A DNA stretch of 64,000 nucleotides from Lingula anatina (GCA_051362555.1 CM120642.1:33046001-33110000); one strand, 5' to 3'; counted from the stretch's first letter, positions 38,771 to 52,715 are shown. The notes: generated by a model not told the origin, from the letters alone. Numbers and translations are program-made.

Positions 38771-40659
38771 GTTAATTTTGTCATAATGCAACACTTGTGA
38801 CAGTTTTTTTTAATTATACAAGTGCAAAGGGGAATCTTATGTGGCCCAGTGATTATAACTGTGACATGTCTCTATTTAAAACAAACGATAATGGATCCAG
38901 TATAATTCTGGAATGGGCCACTACTACCAAATCCAGGAAATAATGTTACTATTATATACTGCCAAATACTCACATCAAATATTATATATAAAGAATATTG
39001 GATCAAACTTTTGCTTTAACTGTGGGGGTTCCATTACATTAATATATTATTTTTTAAATTTTTTATTACTATTACTATTTCTATAAGGTGCAGATGGGAT
39101 GCTGTTGGTATTTCTTTGAAAATGGTGTCTGGGTGATGGACTTGTTAAAGTCATGTGCACTGGCATCTGAATTAAGGGTATAATACTGTACTGTATTTAT
39201 GTCCTTCTTTTTATATATATATATCTGAATGAAACACTGCAAGTGAAGTAAATGGGCCAGTCAATCTTAAGTTATGCCAGAGCCCTCTAAGTTAATTTTA
39301 TGAAAAAAATTAATATACTGGAATACAGTTATTTAAAATAAAATTAAATTTGGATGGTTCACAACACTTTTTCCACTTCCAACCCAAGGTCTCTATTACC
39401 TGCAGTAAACACACCTTATGCAGTTTATCTAACAGAAATCAATATATGTGCAACAGTAACTTAAAATGATTAACCTACTGATTGTTGTAAAATATTAATT
39501 AAAAGATGAGGCTCTCCTCTTATCTTATTTCCAATGATGTACTGTGTATTATTAAAGACAAGTGTGAATGAATTTTATTTTAAGAAAAGATCACATTAGA
39601 TGATAAAATGTTGACCAAATATTTATTGATTTTGTTTATTTACACGAAAAAGTACTCTACCCAAGAGAACAAATAAGTTCAGATTTCCCTCAACTCTTAA
39701 GAGATTATCAGAGGTTAGTCATCTGTGAAGGTCACATGGTTAAGTGGCAAGCACAGATTCCAGAATAATTGCAAGAACCACCATTTTAGTGGTAAAATAG
39801 AATTTATATTTCTCTGAGTTGTTTACAATGTATTCAATGTGAAATGTGAATCTCCTATATAAATGTGTGTGTGTAAGTATGTATGTATGTAATATATTCC
39901 ATAATTGAGATTTATTTAAACTCCCTTTTATCAACTGCATCTTTTTATTTTTTTTTTCAAACCACTTTTTTTCTGTGGGTGACATGGTAATGCTAAAAGT
40001 ACTATAAGTTTTATGAGAATAAATATATTTTTTGATGCTTTTGGTATTACACTTTTTTAGTTTTTGCCATTTTTTAATAACCAACGGCATTGCTTAAAAG
40101 TGGGCATTTATGTGCAAAATTCTCGACCCAATATGTTTCACAGGTTTAAGCTCGGTGGATTATATATCATGCGCAGCTCAGTAAATAAATACACAATTAA
40201 TAAAATATTCACTTCTACAACCTCAGTTACAAGATTCCTAACAGGAAAAAGAAACAAAAAATTGAATTTACTAAAGAACGAAGAAGTCTTTAAACAAAAA
40301 ATATCCACAATCCATCCACAAATGTCTTTCATATCGAAACTGTAAATTTAATTATTTTTTCTTTGAACATTTGTCTTGGTAAGAATGGATCAATTAATAT
40401 GTTAAATTATACTTTGTTGGTGGCAATAAATTGGAAGAATAAGTTAATTATTTCTTTATATACAGCATTTGCTTTTATGCTTCCTGGGCTAGCATTAAAT
40501 TCACAAATCGGGGGGGGGGGGGCAAGAAGCAATTTACAGGTTAACATTATAAACTTTATATAGGACAAATCTACTTCTATGGACAAATCAAGCCACACCC
40601 TGCTGCCACTTTTCTCGACACAGGATTGATACTACTACTTAGAAATAATCCATGCATGT

Positions 40660-40830
40660 CAGGGGTGGATCCAGGATTATTTGAAGGGGGATCCGGCTTT
40701 TTTTGGCATGACAGGCTACAGATGGAAAGCTTACCCACGTCCCCCCTCAATAGGCCGAACAGTGCCATTTGGTACAATTTAGAACTATGATTCAAAATTC
40801 TAATTTTTAACAGAGACCATTGGTGTGATT
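40660..40830 (+). mobile_element. Family B MITE, truncated copy
   Basis: CAGGGGTGGATCCAGGATTATTTGAAGGGGG and GAACAGTGCCATTTGGTACAATTTAGAACTATGATTCA match 12863-13136. Confidence 0.65.
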
Positions 40831-41168
40831 TTTTACAGTGTAATTAATCTGTTTAATTTCAAGTATCCTTAGATTATCTATGCTCTTAGATGTAACTGAC
40901 AATTTCAGCTGCAAAAGAGTAACTTTAAGGGGGCGGGGGGTACTAATTACCCTCAACAATTCTCAATTGGTAGTTTATATAGTATACCCGGTTAATATAA
41001 CATACACTGCATTTGAGTTATTCTGTTATCACATTACATGTACAATTCCTTAAAACGACACACACAAGAAAACACGTTAACATAATATATTTTAATTGTG
41101 ACTTGCTGTTAAGTACGCTTATCCCTATTTTCTTCTTATATTTTTTCTTGAGCTTAATAGGGTCATAC

Positions 41169-41288
41169 GTCTACGTCATCATTTTGTGAATGTGAATACA
41201 GCGCACCAAGTGGTATGTAAAATAACTAGTATTCACACGAAGCCCTCTATTGGCAAAATCCTCTAGCCCATCTTAGAATACGACTTCC
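41169..41288 (-). repeat. Right arm of 120-bp long-range inverted repeat
   Basis: Reverse complement of 36009-36128. Confidence 0.9.
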
Positions 41289-41699
41289 GTCACCACTGGG
41301 GTATGGAATCTCAACAAACACACTCGAGGTGACTGTTTACCTCTGCCGCTCTATCTTTCCAGGGGTTCTCGCCTGTTTTCTAGTTGTTACAAAGGACTTC
41401 GATATGTCAGATTTAAATCTGATTTGCGTCAAGATCACTACCAGTAAACTTATTCCATTAGTGACTTAGTACAAAAAATGCATGGTTGATCAGAATACGA
41501 GTCGTCACTACAATTATTTTTTACAATTAAAATTTGTACAGTCGGTGAAAATAAAAAATGATAATGCAAAAAAAGTATAAAGTAAAAAAAAAAATCTGTT
41601 TATAAACCAACGAGTTTTAGATTTTTTCAGATTAATCATTCAGTGAATATACAGGAGATTAGATTTAAGTGCGAAGAGCCAAAAAGTCGACGCACCTGT

Positions 41700-41810
41700 A
41701 TTAGTACCAATCACCGCCGCTTGGTGGCCGATGTTGTGTTTATCTGCGCAGTCTCAGTTCAATTAAGTATCGCTTCCGGGTACCATTTGTTGCCATGCGG
41801 AACCCAAACA
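41700..41810 (+). promoter_or_regulatory. Promoter of the uncharacterised gene, with X-box (RFX)-like site
   Basis: CCAATCA at ~41707, CTTCCGG (ETS-like) at 41773, GTTGCCATGCGGAAC at 41789-41803 (imperfect X-box), about 125 bp upstream of the ATG. Confidence 0.5.
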
Positions 41811-41927
41811 ATGTAGTGTAATGTCATTCAGCACCAGTGAAAGTAGATTACATCGAAGAGGACTCCTGTTACAATAACAATATATTTATTTAAAATAATC
41901 ATTGGGCTTTGGAAGTAGAAAATAAGC

Positions 41928-43205
41928 ATGGCATCGGCACATATTATGCCAGGATATCACGACCCAGTGTCCAGATTTCGGCTGGTCCAGTCAGCGTATC
42001 CACTAGACGCCAGGAGAGCGCGTGGCGCTAGCTTAAGCCCCACAGTGCCCGTGGAGTCCTTAGAATCCATAAAGGAGAGAGCGAGGTACGAGTGGTCAAA
42101 GCCAGACCGCTCTCCCACCACCTATAACTCTTTTCATAACGAGAAGATTTCAGATGAACCCACGTCGAGCCGTCCTACCTCAGCTCATAGAAGAAACAAC
42201 CCCCACCCACCTCTGTAAGTATTAAATACTATACATATACAATAAACCCTGCGATCATCTATTTATATAATTATTAAAGGTAAAACATTGAAAATACTGT
42301 TACTACACCTGCCTACAGGGACAGAAGATTGAAACTAGGACTTTTTTTAAATAAAATATATGTAGAAAAAATATAAAAAATATTCTCATAAATGATAATT
42401 ATTATATAATATTATAGTTATTAAAAGGAAATGAGAAGTTGAATAATACAATAACTTCACGAGATTATCTTCAGGTTAGCAATCAACAGGTGCCATTTTC
42501 TTTGTCCGGTTTGATCATCTTTAGTACATTTATCAATCATATATAATTCTAAATCAGATTTCATATATACATGTACATGCCTACCAGGTACAATGATGAT
42601 TTATCTGTGATAAATATCAAGACAGTACTATTATCATTTTATCATAAGCCGTTTAAATAAAAAAAGTTTTGACATAAAATGAAATATATATGGAAAAATA
42701 CACAAAAATTGGATAAATAATTGTTTCTGTATCAAATACCTCGTTATCATATTTATTTCACATTTGAGTTGTTTATGAAAACAAACACTGCTTTAGCAAT
42801 ATCCTTTGTGCACCTGTTTTGATTGTTGCTGAGGTTTACCTTATTATTGGAAAACAATAGTCAATACCCCTTTCATATGTTACTTAGTACATTTTAACTG
42901 AACTACTCTGTAATACATGTAGTAGCATATGCTTGGTTGAAATCAATTTTACTGTAAGTAATCAGCTTAGTTGTGGATTCAAGAGCATAATACGACATAA
43001 AAGCAATATCCATGTAAATTCTAAAAGTAATCTGGTTTCACAGGTTGTTATTAATTCCAAGTTCTATTCAATTCTGCAGGTTTTGATAAGCTCACTAGTA
43101 TAATGAGCATTAAATATACAATAAAGGTGTTTTAAAATAAAGAAACTCATATGGTATATTGTTAATATATTCACCGGAGTTGAGAGTCTCATTGACATGA
43201 ATGTA

Positions 43206-43245
<40 letters not shown>

Positions 43246-45442
43246 TTCAGAGTGTTCTTAACCTGTCGTCTTCACCATGTCCCTGGTTATCACAATGCTG
43301 ATGCCACTCTAGGAAAGGAAGTTTACAGAGGTAAATAGTTTTTGTGTCTAAAATATATACCTAGTAATATTCTCAGTAAACTATTGGTACTGCATTTTAC
43401 ACACTATTACCCCATTCCACTGATTTTTTTTTACCAATACTTGTTTTTATTCATGTGAAATATATATACATCTTTATTGTTGTGAATTGAATAAATATAT
43501 AAACAAACTGACAAATTAATCCACAGACAAACTTAAGTAGGAGTATTTTTATCAGGTCTGTAGCCAGCAATTGCAAAAGGGGGGTTCTTTTTCTGAAAAT
43601 GTGGACCTTTTGTCATGAAACCTAAATTTACCTAGATCAAATATACGCAGATGGACTTTTTCTCAGCAAAAAGGGGGGTTCTTTTGAACCCCCCGAACCC
43701 CGCCTGGCTATAGGTCTGTTTATTATAAGTCAATTTTTATTTTTTTAAGAAGTAGACTTGAAATTGAAATAAGAATTAAGCAGATTTTTAAGGATTAAGC
43801 ATTAAATGTATACACAAATTGTAATATTTGTGTTCCACAACATTAACAGTTGACGGCAGTGCAGGATTATCTCCCCGTGAAAAGCAGCATCGCTCCCAAT
43901 TCCGAGCCAAGTTCACGCCAAAAACTTCTACAGCAGCTCTAAGACAGTACACAGACAGAGAGGTGAATTTTTAAAAAATCATTTTATACTTTTTAAATTT
44001 CATTTTTATAGATTTGAAAACCTTAAGTAAGTGTAACTGATAAATTGTATTATATAATGATGACTATATCAGTGATAACATTCTGTTTAATTAATTTATT
44101 TATTTGTAAAGAAATGTAATTAATTAGTTAGTTTTTTTTTCCTTGACAAAAATCCTTCTGAAAAACACATCAGGAAAAATGAAAAAAATGTATATTAATT
44201 TTGTCTGTGCATTCAATGTATTTCACATTTTGTTTATAAATATGCTAGTATTCACCTGGTCTGTTAACGTTTTAGCAACTTGAAGAGCTTCTACCCCCTC
44301 GAGAGGCCCAAGCAGCAGAGGCGTGGCTTAAACTGACCAATGATAAAGGTACACATAGGAACTATTTTTTCAATGAACAACTTATAGTTGAAATCTAATA
44401 TGCAATTTGCGAAATGGTAGCAATATAAAATGAAAGTAATTTTTTCATTTGATGTTTATCTCATATATCTTTTGTTTTGTTAATAAAGGTATGATAATAG
44501 AGTTTCTTTACTGAAAGCCCGCTAAGAAGCTTAAACCTATGCATAATAGTAACAATACAAAAAGAAAGTAACTTATTTTTTTCATTTGATGTTTATCTCA
44601 TATTTTCATTTTGTAACAATAGAAAAAGAAAGTGACTCATTTTTTTTTAAATTTGATGTTTACATTATTTTTCTTACATCATTTTTTTTGTTTGTTTGTT
44701 TTGAATGTTTTGTTAATAAAAGTATTATAACAGAGTTTTTTACTCAAAAACCACTAAGAAGCTTAAACCTAATGCATAGTTACAATACAAAAAGAAAGTA
44801 ACTTGTTTTTTTCATTTGATGTTTATCTCATATTTTTGTTTTGTAACAATACAAAATGAAAGTGACTCATTTTTTCATGTGATGTTTACATTATTATTAT
44901 TTTATTTATTTATTTATTTTTGCTTTATTTATTTATTAATTCTTTTTTTTTTTTTTTGCTTTGTTTTGTTTTGTTAATAAAAGTATGATAACAGTTTTTT
45001 TACTGAAAGAACAAGAATCTCAAACCTGACTAGCTCCTGACAAAGATCAAAATACACATAACTATTATTATAATTATTATTTATTAATTTTAGATAAAAG
45101 AAGAGTATTAGATATGTTTAATGGGATTGGTATAGAGAAGAAAATACAGGATGGGGTGAGTTTTACATTTTTTATTTCTTGAACACAATATATATACATT
45201 TTATTTCATATTTTAATTAATTTGTAATATGGTACTTTTTCTATATCATCTCATTTATTCATGATTTGTATTTATATATTATTAATATATGTGTGATCCA
45301 GGTCATTGATCCAGAGTTGGATACCAGGCATGCTCCTATGGTGGCATCTCTTCACAGATATTTGAAGAAAGCAGGCATACAAGGTAATATTGACTAAGTG
45401 CAATTCATTTAAATTTATTTATATTTTTATCCATTGGTGTAT

Positions 45443-45489
<47 letters not shown>

Positions 45490-45907
45490 TCCATCCTCCA
45501 TCTTTTAGAGGAAAAACTGACGCAAATTGCTTTCAGAAAATGTAAATTATATTCTGATGCTCTGAAATAATATTTCCATACAGCACTTTGAAGATGCAAT
45601 TTTAATGTTCTTCTTCTTTTTTCTTACAGAGGAGCAGACTATTCGTAGAATCATGGATTCCTTAGGCACCAACCCCAACCTCCCCAATATGATGATTCCT
45701 TACCAAACTCTCGGTGAAAAAGGGCCAAGGAGACAAGAAGATATAGCAAAGACTCGCCGTGTCACATATCGCTACAAACCAACAAGAGGTGACTTTTTAA
45801 TGCATCCTGATTGGCCACCAACTCTCGCTCCTCACAGCCTTCCTGATTGGCCCAATCCTAAAATGCCACCCACGACTACAATCCCGGCTCCATTATGGAA
45901 CTGGTAA
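41928..45907 (+). CDS. Uncharacterised protein, 324 aa, 7 exons; candidate cilia/sperm-associated protein
   Basis: Exons 41928-42214, 43251-43330, 43850-43962, 44276-44348, 45094-45155, 45302-45383, 45630-45907; all GT-AG, phases 2,1,0,1,0,1 are consistent, 975 nt open to TAA; AATAAA at ~45944 and ~45988. Function is inference only. Confidence 0.85.
43553..43718 (+). mobile_element. hAT-like MITE family C copy 2, 5-bp TSD
   Basis: CAGGTCTGTAGCCAG ... CTGGCTATAGGTCTG, flanked by TTTAT on both sides. Confidence 0.75.
44420..45030. repeat. Degenerate AT-rich tandem repeat with nested sub-units
   Basis: AATACAAAA(A/T)GAAAGT(A/G)ACT...TTTTCATTTGATGTTTA recurs about 5 times; TTGTTAATAAAAGTAT...AAACCT three times. 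Confidence 0.8.
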
Positions 45908-47209
45908 ACCCTATTTAGGGTGACAGAGGACCACAAAGACCTAATAAAGAAGCAAAAAATGAGGACATCTTTATGATATGAACTTGTAATAAAAATGCTG
46001 CTACCAGATTCATATTTTACATTTGGTGCTTTATTATTTATTGGTCATACGCAAATTTTAGGTCTAAAAAAAGTGAAGTCACAGTATTTTACATGGTACT
46101 AAGATTTAGAATGGTTACCATGGGGTAATACCATGGAAGGCAGAGCATATGTGGTTTGAGTTGAACAGATATTCTGAAAGTGAAGCACAATTGTTTTTGA
46201 ACCATTAGAAATTAGGATTTTTGAAACTGTCGATATTAAAAAGTTTGGAGTAGAAAAAGGGTTTCCAAGGTAGACTATTTTGACAAGTTGGACTGTTTTC
46301 ATGCTCTCTTTAAATACCATCTACTCAAACTTTCTCTTTGTACCAAAGGGTATTTATTTGATATTTTTAATTCTTTTTTTTTTTTTTTAGATGTTTTTGT
46401 TGTTTAACCAAGTTTCATTTTAAAAGTGCATAGAAACAATTTAAAATGTTTTTGACAATGAATTTGACTTTGATATATGATGTTTAAATATTATTTGATA
46501 TACTGTATATGACTGATTTCAAAAGACAAAGATTGACACTTTCTGTTAGAACTATACATGTGAAGTATAGGCCTTCTGTATTTTATTATTAGATAACATT
46601 AATACCAATTACAGTTTATTTATAAAGACCTGCATATATAGTTCGCAGCTGTAAAAAAAGAAAAAAAACTGCATACAAATGTGGTACTTAATTAGCACTT
46701 TAGATGTACATACAACTGCTTAATGACAAAAAATTCATTTAGTTTAAAACTAATATGCTTACTTTCTATTTTGTTCTTATTCTATTCTAGTCATTGAGAA
46801 ATTTGTGATTTCATCTTTGCATCTTAATTAATGATGCAATATTCTGATTTATTCTGTTTAACATATTTTGATGAAGATGTTCAATAACATTTTTGTACAA
46901 AGTTATATTCAATAAAAGGTCAAAAGACTGCAGCATGGTAGTTGACTTAATTATTGAATACAAATTTTGAGAAAAAACAGTCGGCCCTCATTCAATTTAT
47001 TGAATGAAATGGAAATATATAATTTATTGCTGAAAGACTAAGATATCAGTACTTTTATTAAATTTTGTACCAAAGTATTATCAGCTAATCATTATAGTTT
47101 CTTCCATATCCCCTGTTATATATCACAATGTATTACCAAAGAATTTTATCACTCTAAAACCTTAGACCGTGTTCCCCACCAACTTTCCTCTTAGTTCATA
47201 ATTTAAGCC

Positions 47210-47345
47210 ACGCCCATTGACCTCAAACAGGAAGTGACCTTTCCATATGTACACAAGATGGCGGAAAATGAGGAAGTTATGAAGACGGCAAACTTTTCCG
47301 TAGATTATCTTCAAAAGTTGGACTAAACTGCTACTTTCATACAAA
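47210..47345 (+). promoter_or_regulatory. ARAP promoter and non-coding exon 1
   Basis: CAGGAAGTG (ETS) ~47228, CAAGATGGCGG (YY1 consensus) 47254-47264, donor AA|GTAAGT at 47345/47346; next acceptor 52701 precedes the ATG by 14 nt. Confidence 0.6.
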
Positions 47346-50300
47346 GTAAGTATTCAGAATAAGGCATCCTTACCAGCTATAAAATTTTCCATTAATCAAA
47401 TCTTTGGCAATAGTTGGAGGACAGCAAAATACGCGAGCTACTGATGTGGAGATTTGTTGAATGAAGCGTGATTCATTCGTTCGTACACTGTACTACATGT
47501 AATAGCATTGCCTAATGAGTTGTTTTTATTCTCACAGCAGTTCGCATGTCGTGTATCTACCACTTTGGAGGGTATATAAGTGCATCTGTTGATTTTGTTT
47601 TTTAGCAATTAACTGCGCTTCTAACGTGTGTTAAGTCAATATGAACCCCGCTTAGTCATCCTGATTTAACCAGTGTGATAATTTAATTCCAACAACAGGT
47701 TTGATCGACTTTGTAAGTTATCAACTCAGAGTCAGTATAGCATGGGACAGCGCACTTTCTTATACTTGATTCATATAAGAGATGTCCCATTTATAACTCT
47801 GACCAAACGTGGTTAATACTGGACCACAGCTAGTTGGGACATATTGAGAAAAAACAGTGTTGCTGCTCTTTGTTTTCCTATATTTAGCCTACGAATGCAT
47901 CTGTTTGTTTATATTGTAGTCCTATATTAGCCTACTGAAGCTACCCGTTTGTCTATTGTTTACATAACAGTACATGATACCAGTGTCACCCCAGGACAAA
48001 CACTTAACAGACCAAATCAACGATGTTTTTTTTGAAGATTATAGCACATGACCAAGTACCACTAGCAAGTTTGGTGCATAGTGTTCAGTGATAAATCAGA
48101 ACAAATAAACATGTTTTTTTTTTGTATGCATTAAGTTTGGTTAAATAATGTCAGTTGAGGACATTACACATTTGAAAGTTTCCTTCAGTCATATTTTCTG
48201 TCTATGTGTCCTGAAAAAATTACTATCTTGACTAATTTGACCTTAAATTGATAAGGCCTCTTAAATATAACCTCTGGCCATCGATAGTTCCTTCTAAAAC
48301 ATACAGGAATACGTGGCAGTTCGAATGACAGGTCTGTCATTTAGAACTAAATTATTTAATTAGGAATGACATAAAATCATTTATTTTTAGGTAAGGTACA
48401 GGTCTCACAATGATTTGTGAGAAAGAAGAAATTTTTAGAAGAGTAAAATATTTGCCAGAAAACTCTTGGCTAAATTACTCAAAATTTGATTTTGGTAATT
48501 TTCTCCATTTGAAACTTGTGGTTAATACTAGTAAGTATTAAACAATAGTATGTTTAAGAGGGTGAGTTAATGCTGGTATATTTACATTGTTCAATATTGT
48601 AATGAGCTATTGTTGATACCATGAAGTCTTCCAGATATCTGTAACAGTGAGTGCTATCTTCCTCTTCAATCAATCATAGCATTGTCTACTGTTATCTTGA
48701 ATTAGGATACACGAGGTAAAGTTTCAGTGGTTGATAATTTCAATCTCTACAACATTTGGAAGAGTTAAAGGACATGGTATTAGTTTGTATAGATCACTAC
48801 GCTTGGGCATCCATAACTATAATGTAAGTGTGAAAGAATATTCATGCAATAGCAGAATGGACAGTAATTATATTATTTAAGGTATGTTTAAAGAATCATT
48901 TGCATATAATGTAGAGCTGAGATGAAGATTAAATAAAAAGCTTACTAAATAGGCACACTATACCTGCCAGGTGTCTGTGGCACCTTGATGTGGACATTAC
49001 ATTTTTTAAAGATGAACATATTCCTGTATTATGAGAATGGGCAGTAATCAGATATGCTGGGAATGGGTATTACACCTTTTTTCAGCCAACTTCAGATATT
49101 GGCTAAATTGAGAACAGAGATGTGTGAGAATTCCATACGTTAGAAATGTATAAATTTGGCACTCACTTATTTCCTTTACCTACTGAGGTCCTGGCCAAAA
49201 AATGATAGATTTTAAATTCATCATTTTGGAATTGTTCTTGCTTTTCATGAAACTGGTCAGAATACAGGTACATTATATAAGTGCTGTCTGTGTTGCATAT
49301 AAATGTCCAGGTGTATGCGGTAAATTAAGAAGAGCTTGGTAGTGATGATATCTGTCATCTTATAATTAGGCACCATTTAAATTACTTACTGGTTTTTGCA
49401 TGTATAAGTGTAAATCTTATCATAAAAGCATCAACTGTATCTATGTGGACCATCTTATAATGTAATTTGTGGTATTAGATAGCATGCTTTGTAATAACAA
49501 CTGGGAATACGGCGTATATACTTCATGTTCACCTTAATAGCTTTGATAATTTTTTTTAAATCTGCTCTGATCTCATAAGCATTTATAGATTGTTCAGAAA
49601 CAGTAAAAAAGAAAGGGGATTGTAACACTATGTCAGTTCGTGGTCTCACTTTTGTCTAATGTTTCTTTTATGTATTTATTTATTTATTTATTATTCAGGT
49701 AGTGCATCACTTAAAACTGTCTGTATTTAACCTGCATATAATTAAACACAACCACTAAAGTGAAAGTGAAACTTGGTCGTACAGGAAATGCCAGAGTGAT
49801 TTTTGTTGATCTTTTGTTTCTTTTATAATACCATAGGAAATACTCAACCCTAAGCAAATAGGTCATGTGAAAAGATAAGAAGTAGGGTTAGGCATTAGCA
49901 CATTTAGCTTTTATCCACTCTTACCTATACTAGTAACTATAAGATATCAGGGTGAGAGAAAGGCTTTGTTATCGTTATGACAGAAAGACGACATGACTCA
50001 TGTGACAGTACTTTGCACACGGATGTAGGACTATAATTACCAACATTACTTAATTGACCTGCGGCACTGTTCAATTTTGATAACAAAAAGCCAGATAGCA
50101 AAAAATCCAGTTAGTTTTACAATAGAGGATTACTAGTACTTATAAATTTATAAGATTTGAAAGTTTTCTTTGCCCCAGCCATGAATGTGAATTTTTCTGA
50201 CACCCTAGTTAGTAGATAACTTATATAACATATAAGCTTGAAACTAGCCTATGAGTAGATGGTAATTTTAAGTAAATTAGAAGTATTTGACTACTTTTTG

Positions 50301-52715
50301 TTGATTAATTTCTTCTAAAAAAAACACATTAGTGATTGTGCAAAAAATTTTAACATCTACATATTATTAAACATAACGTTAATTCAGGATTTATAGAGTA
50401 CTTACCGGTCAGTTTTTTTTAATCAATTTTTTCAATAAAAAAACTTTTTTGTAAATTTTTATCAGTTGATTTTGGTAGAAGTATTGAGTCATTACAGTAT
50501 GTCTCAAAGCAGGACCCTAAGGAGAAGTTTATACATATATAAGCTACTCTTCAAGGGGATAACCTCACATGGCATGTTCTATTCTATACCTATGTAAAGG
50601 ACTACTTGACCTAGTTCTTCAGTGCCTGTCTGATATGAAGAGATGTCACAGCATGTGCGGAAGGAAGTCTTTTGAACATTGGACAGTGTCAAAGGTGACA
50701 GCAGTGAGATACATATTATAAGGATTTGCTGGACAGATTCACTCCTGACTAAGGGCTGTCGCACTTTGTGTTATGTCTTTAAAAGTTTTAACTTGGGCCA
50801 TGCAAGCTGCCCTAGGTTTAAGATATACTGCGTTAACCCTAGTCCCTAACATCACAAGGAAGTCACGTTTATCTTACAAGAGTGTTGTTGCAGTGTGTGT
50901 GTGTTGGGGGGGGGGGGGGGGGGGGGTACAGTGAAATATTATGAAGCAGCTCAATGTTTATGTTATTTTTAATGGTATACATCTGTAAACAATTGCGTGT
51001 GTTACAGTGTATAATTCTCAACAGTATCTTTGGCTATTTGTAAGTAGAATTCTCTTTGAAGGTAACACAAGGAAGTAGTGAGTCCTATTTCACCCACCTG
51101 TTATTTGAGGCCTGAGTTAAATGCATAAACATTAGCACAGAATGAATTAGATAATTAGAAAATAACACAGACTTCTAGGTGTGACCTGAACAGGTGATTG
51201 TAGGCAGAACTTAATCTATGCTAATAGGTGCTAACCCAAGGAAATAACCCATGTAAGGCACCTGACTAGTGAGGAAGTTATAATCTTATATAACACTAGC
51301 CAACTTTTGGACCCTGACTATTTAAAGATTTGATTGCCAAAAATAATTATTATTCCCTGGCAGACAGAGTGGTCTGATTGCGCTGCATGTGAATGCGCCC
51401 ATTTTAAGCCAGCTCAATGATTTGCTAGGTTATTCAGGTAAATATTAGCAAAAGTGGGAAATGATACTTGAAGTAAGCATGTGACTTATGTTAGTAATGG
51501 TAATGTGTCATTTAATTACAAATTAATACACACACTTTTATGACTGATGCCAATAGCCAGTGTGAAACATTAGATATTTGATGTGAGATCAAAGTAGCAT
51601 ATTACTACACTGTTTACCCCTTAATCAAATACTGTTTTTGAGACAGAGAAAATAAGCCGAAAGGGAGCTGACATTATTCTGGTAACCATGACATAAATGA
51701 CAGCATCTATCTTTATTGTAAGGAGATCAATACTCAAGTGTGACATTTTTTATCCTGTTTGTTTCAGAGCTAGTTTACATATAATATTGCTACAGTAGGT
51801 CAGTCCCTTTACTTGTTAGTCGTGTCTTTTAACCTCACTTCTTGATTTTTGACTAACATTTTTTCTCACTTCAGCGTGTATTTTATTGTAAGTCATAACA
51901 CAGGGCCAAAGTTCTGGACCCTATTTTTGTATAACATATGCTTTTGGCAGTTCATCTGTATATTAATGCTATGATGTGATTGTACCATACACATGTACAC
52001 ATACAAATAATTTGTCCAGAAGCTTTATGATAACAAGACACAGTTTATCAGCACATAATTTTATTCAGGTTTGTCACCTACTTTGGATCTAGATTTACTC
52101 TGAAGACAGGTTTGTTGCTACCACTAAGCTGTTTCTAGAGTGTGGACTTCATTAAACACACAACTTGTATGATTTCCTTTGGCTAAAGAAACTACATGAT
52201 ATTCTTTTAATTTATCTTTGACTTGGTCAATTTTGCTAAAGTGGACCTAAATAGAAAGGCACGGCCAGTGTAAGTAAATAAGTTACAGGTTCCTTTAAAA
52301 ATGTCAAGGCAGTGGGTAGACATAGCTTTTTTATAACCAGAAGTTAATTTCCTTACAATAAATTTTATCTGTGGCTGTTTTGAAACTGTGCTGCTATTCA
52401 GGAAATTAGAAAACAGAAGCAGCTGCTTTACTGTTGATCTATATAATCTCTCACTAAAAGGCAACTGTTATATTTGTGTTCTTTTTAGTGTACCCAATTC
52501 TGTTGGTCTTGTGTACAGAACTGTAATAATATAATAATTTATTAATTTATTAAGTTTTTTTTTCCAGGTAATCCCATTAAATGGCATCAGTTTAATGCTG
52601 GCTAATGGCTCTCAACCTGGAATATTAATCTATTAGCTTTCTATTTCCTGGTAATCCTATGTGGTGCAGAATAGTGACATCTATTTTTTATCTATTTCCA
52701 GGTAATCCTTTCATA

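Noticed and set aside
45500-45530. Further shadow acceptor upstream of exon 45630 (tcttttag|AGGAAAAACT)
   Set aside because: Similarity to the real junction is too weak to distinguish from chance.
52659-52715. ORF-track start MWCRIV... as the ARAP N-terminus
   Set aside because: Runs through the polypyrimidine tract and acceptor at 52701; ATG 52716 directly opens the SAM domain.
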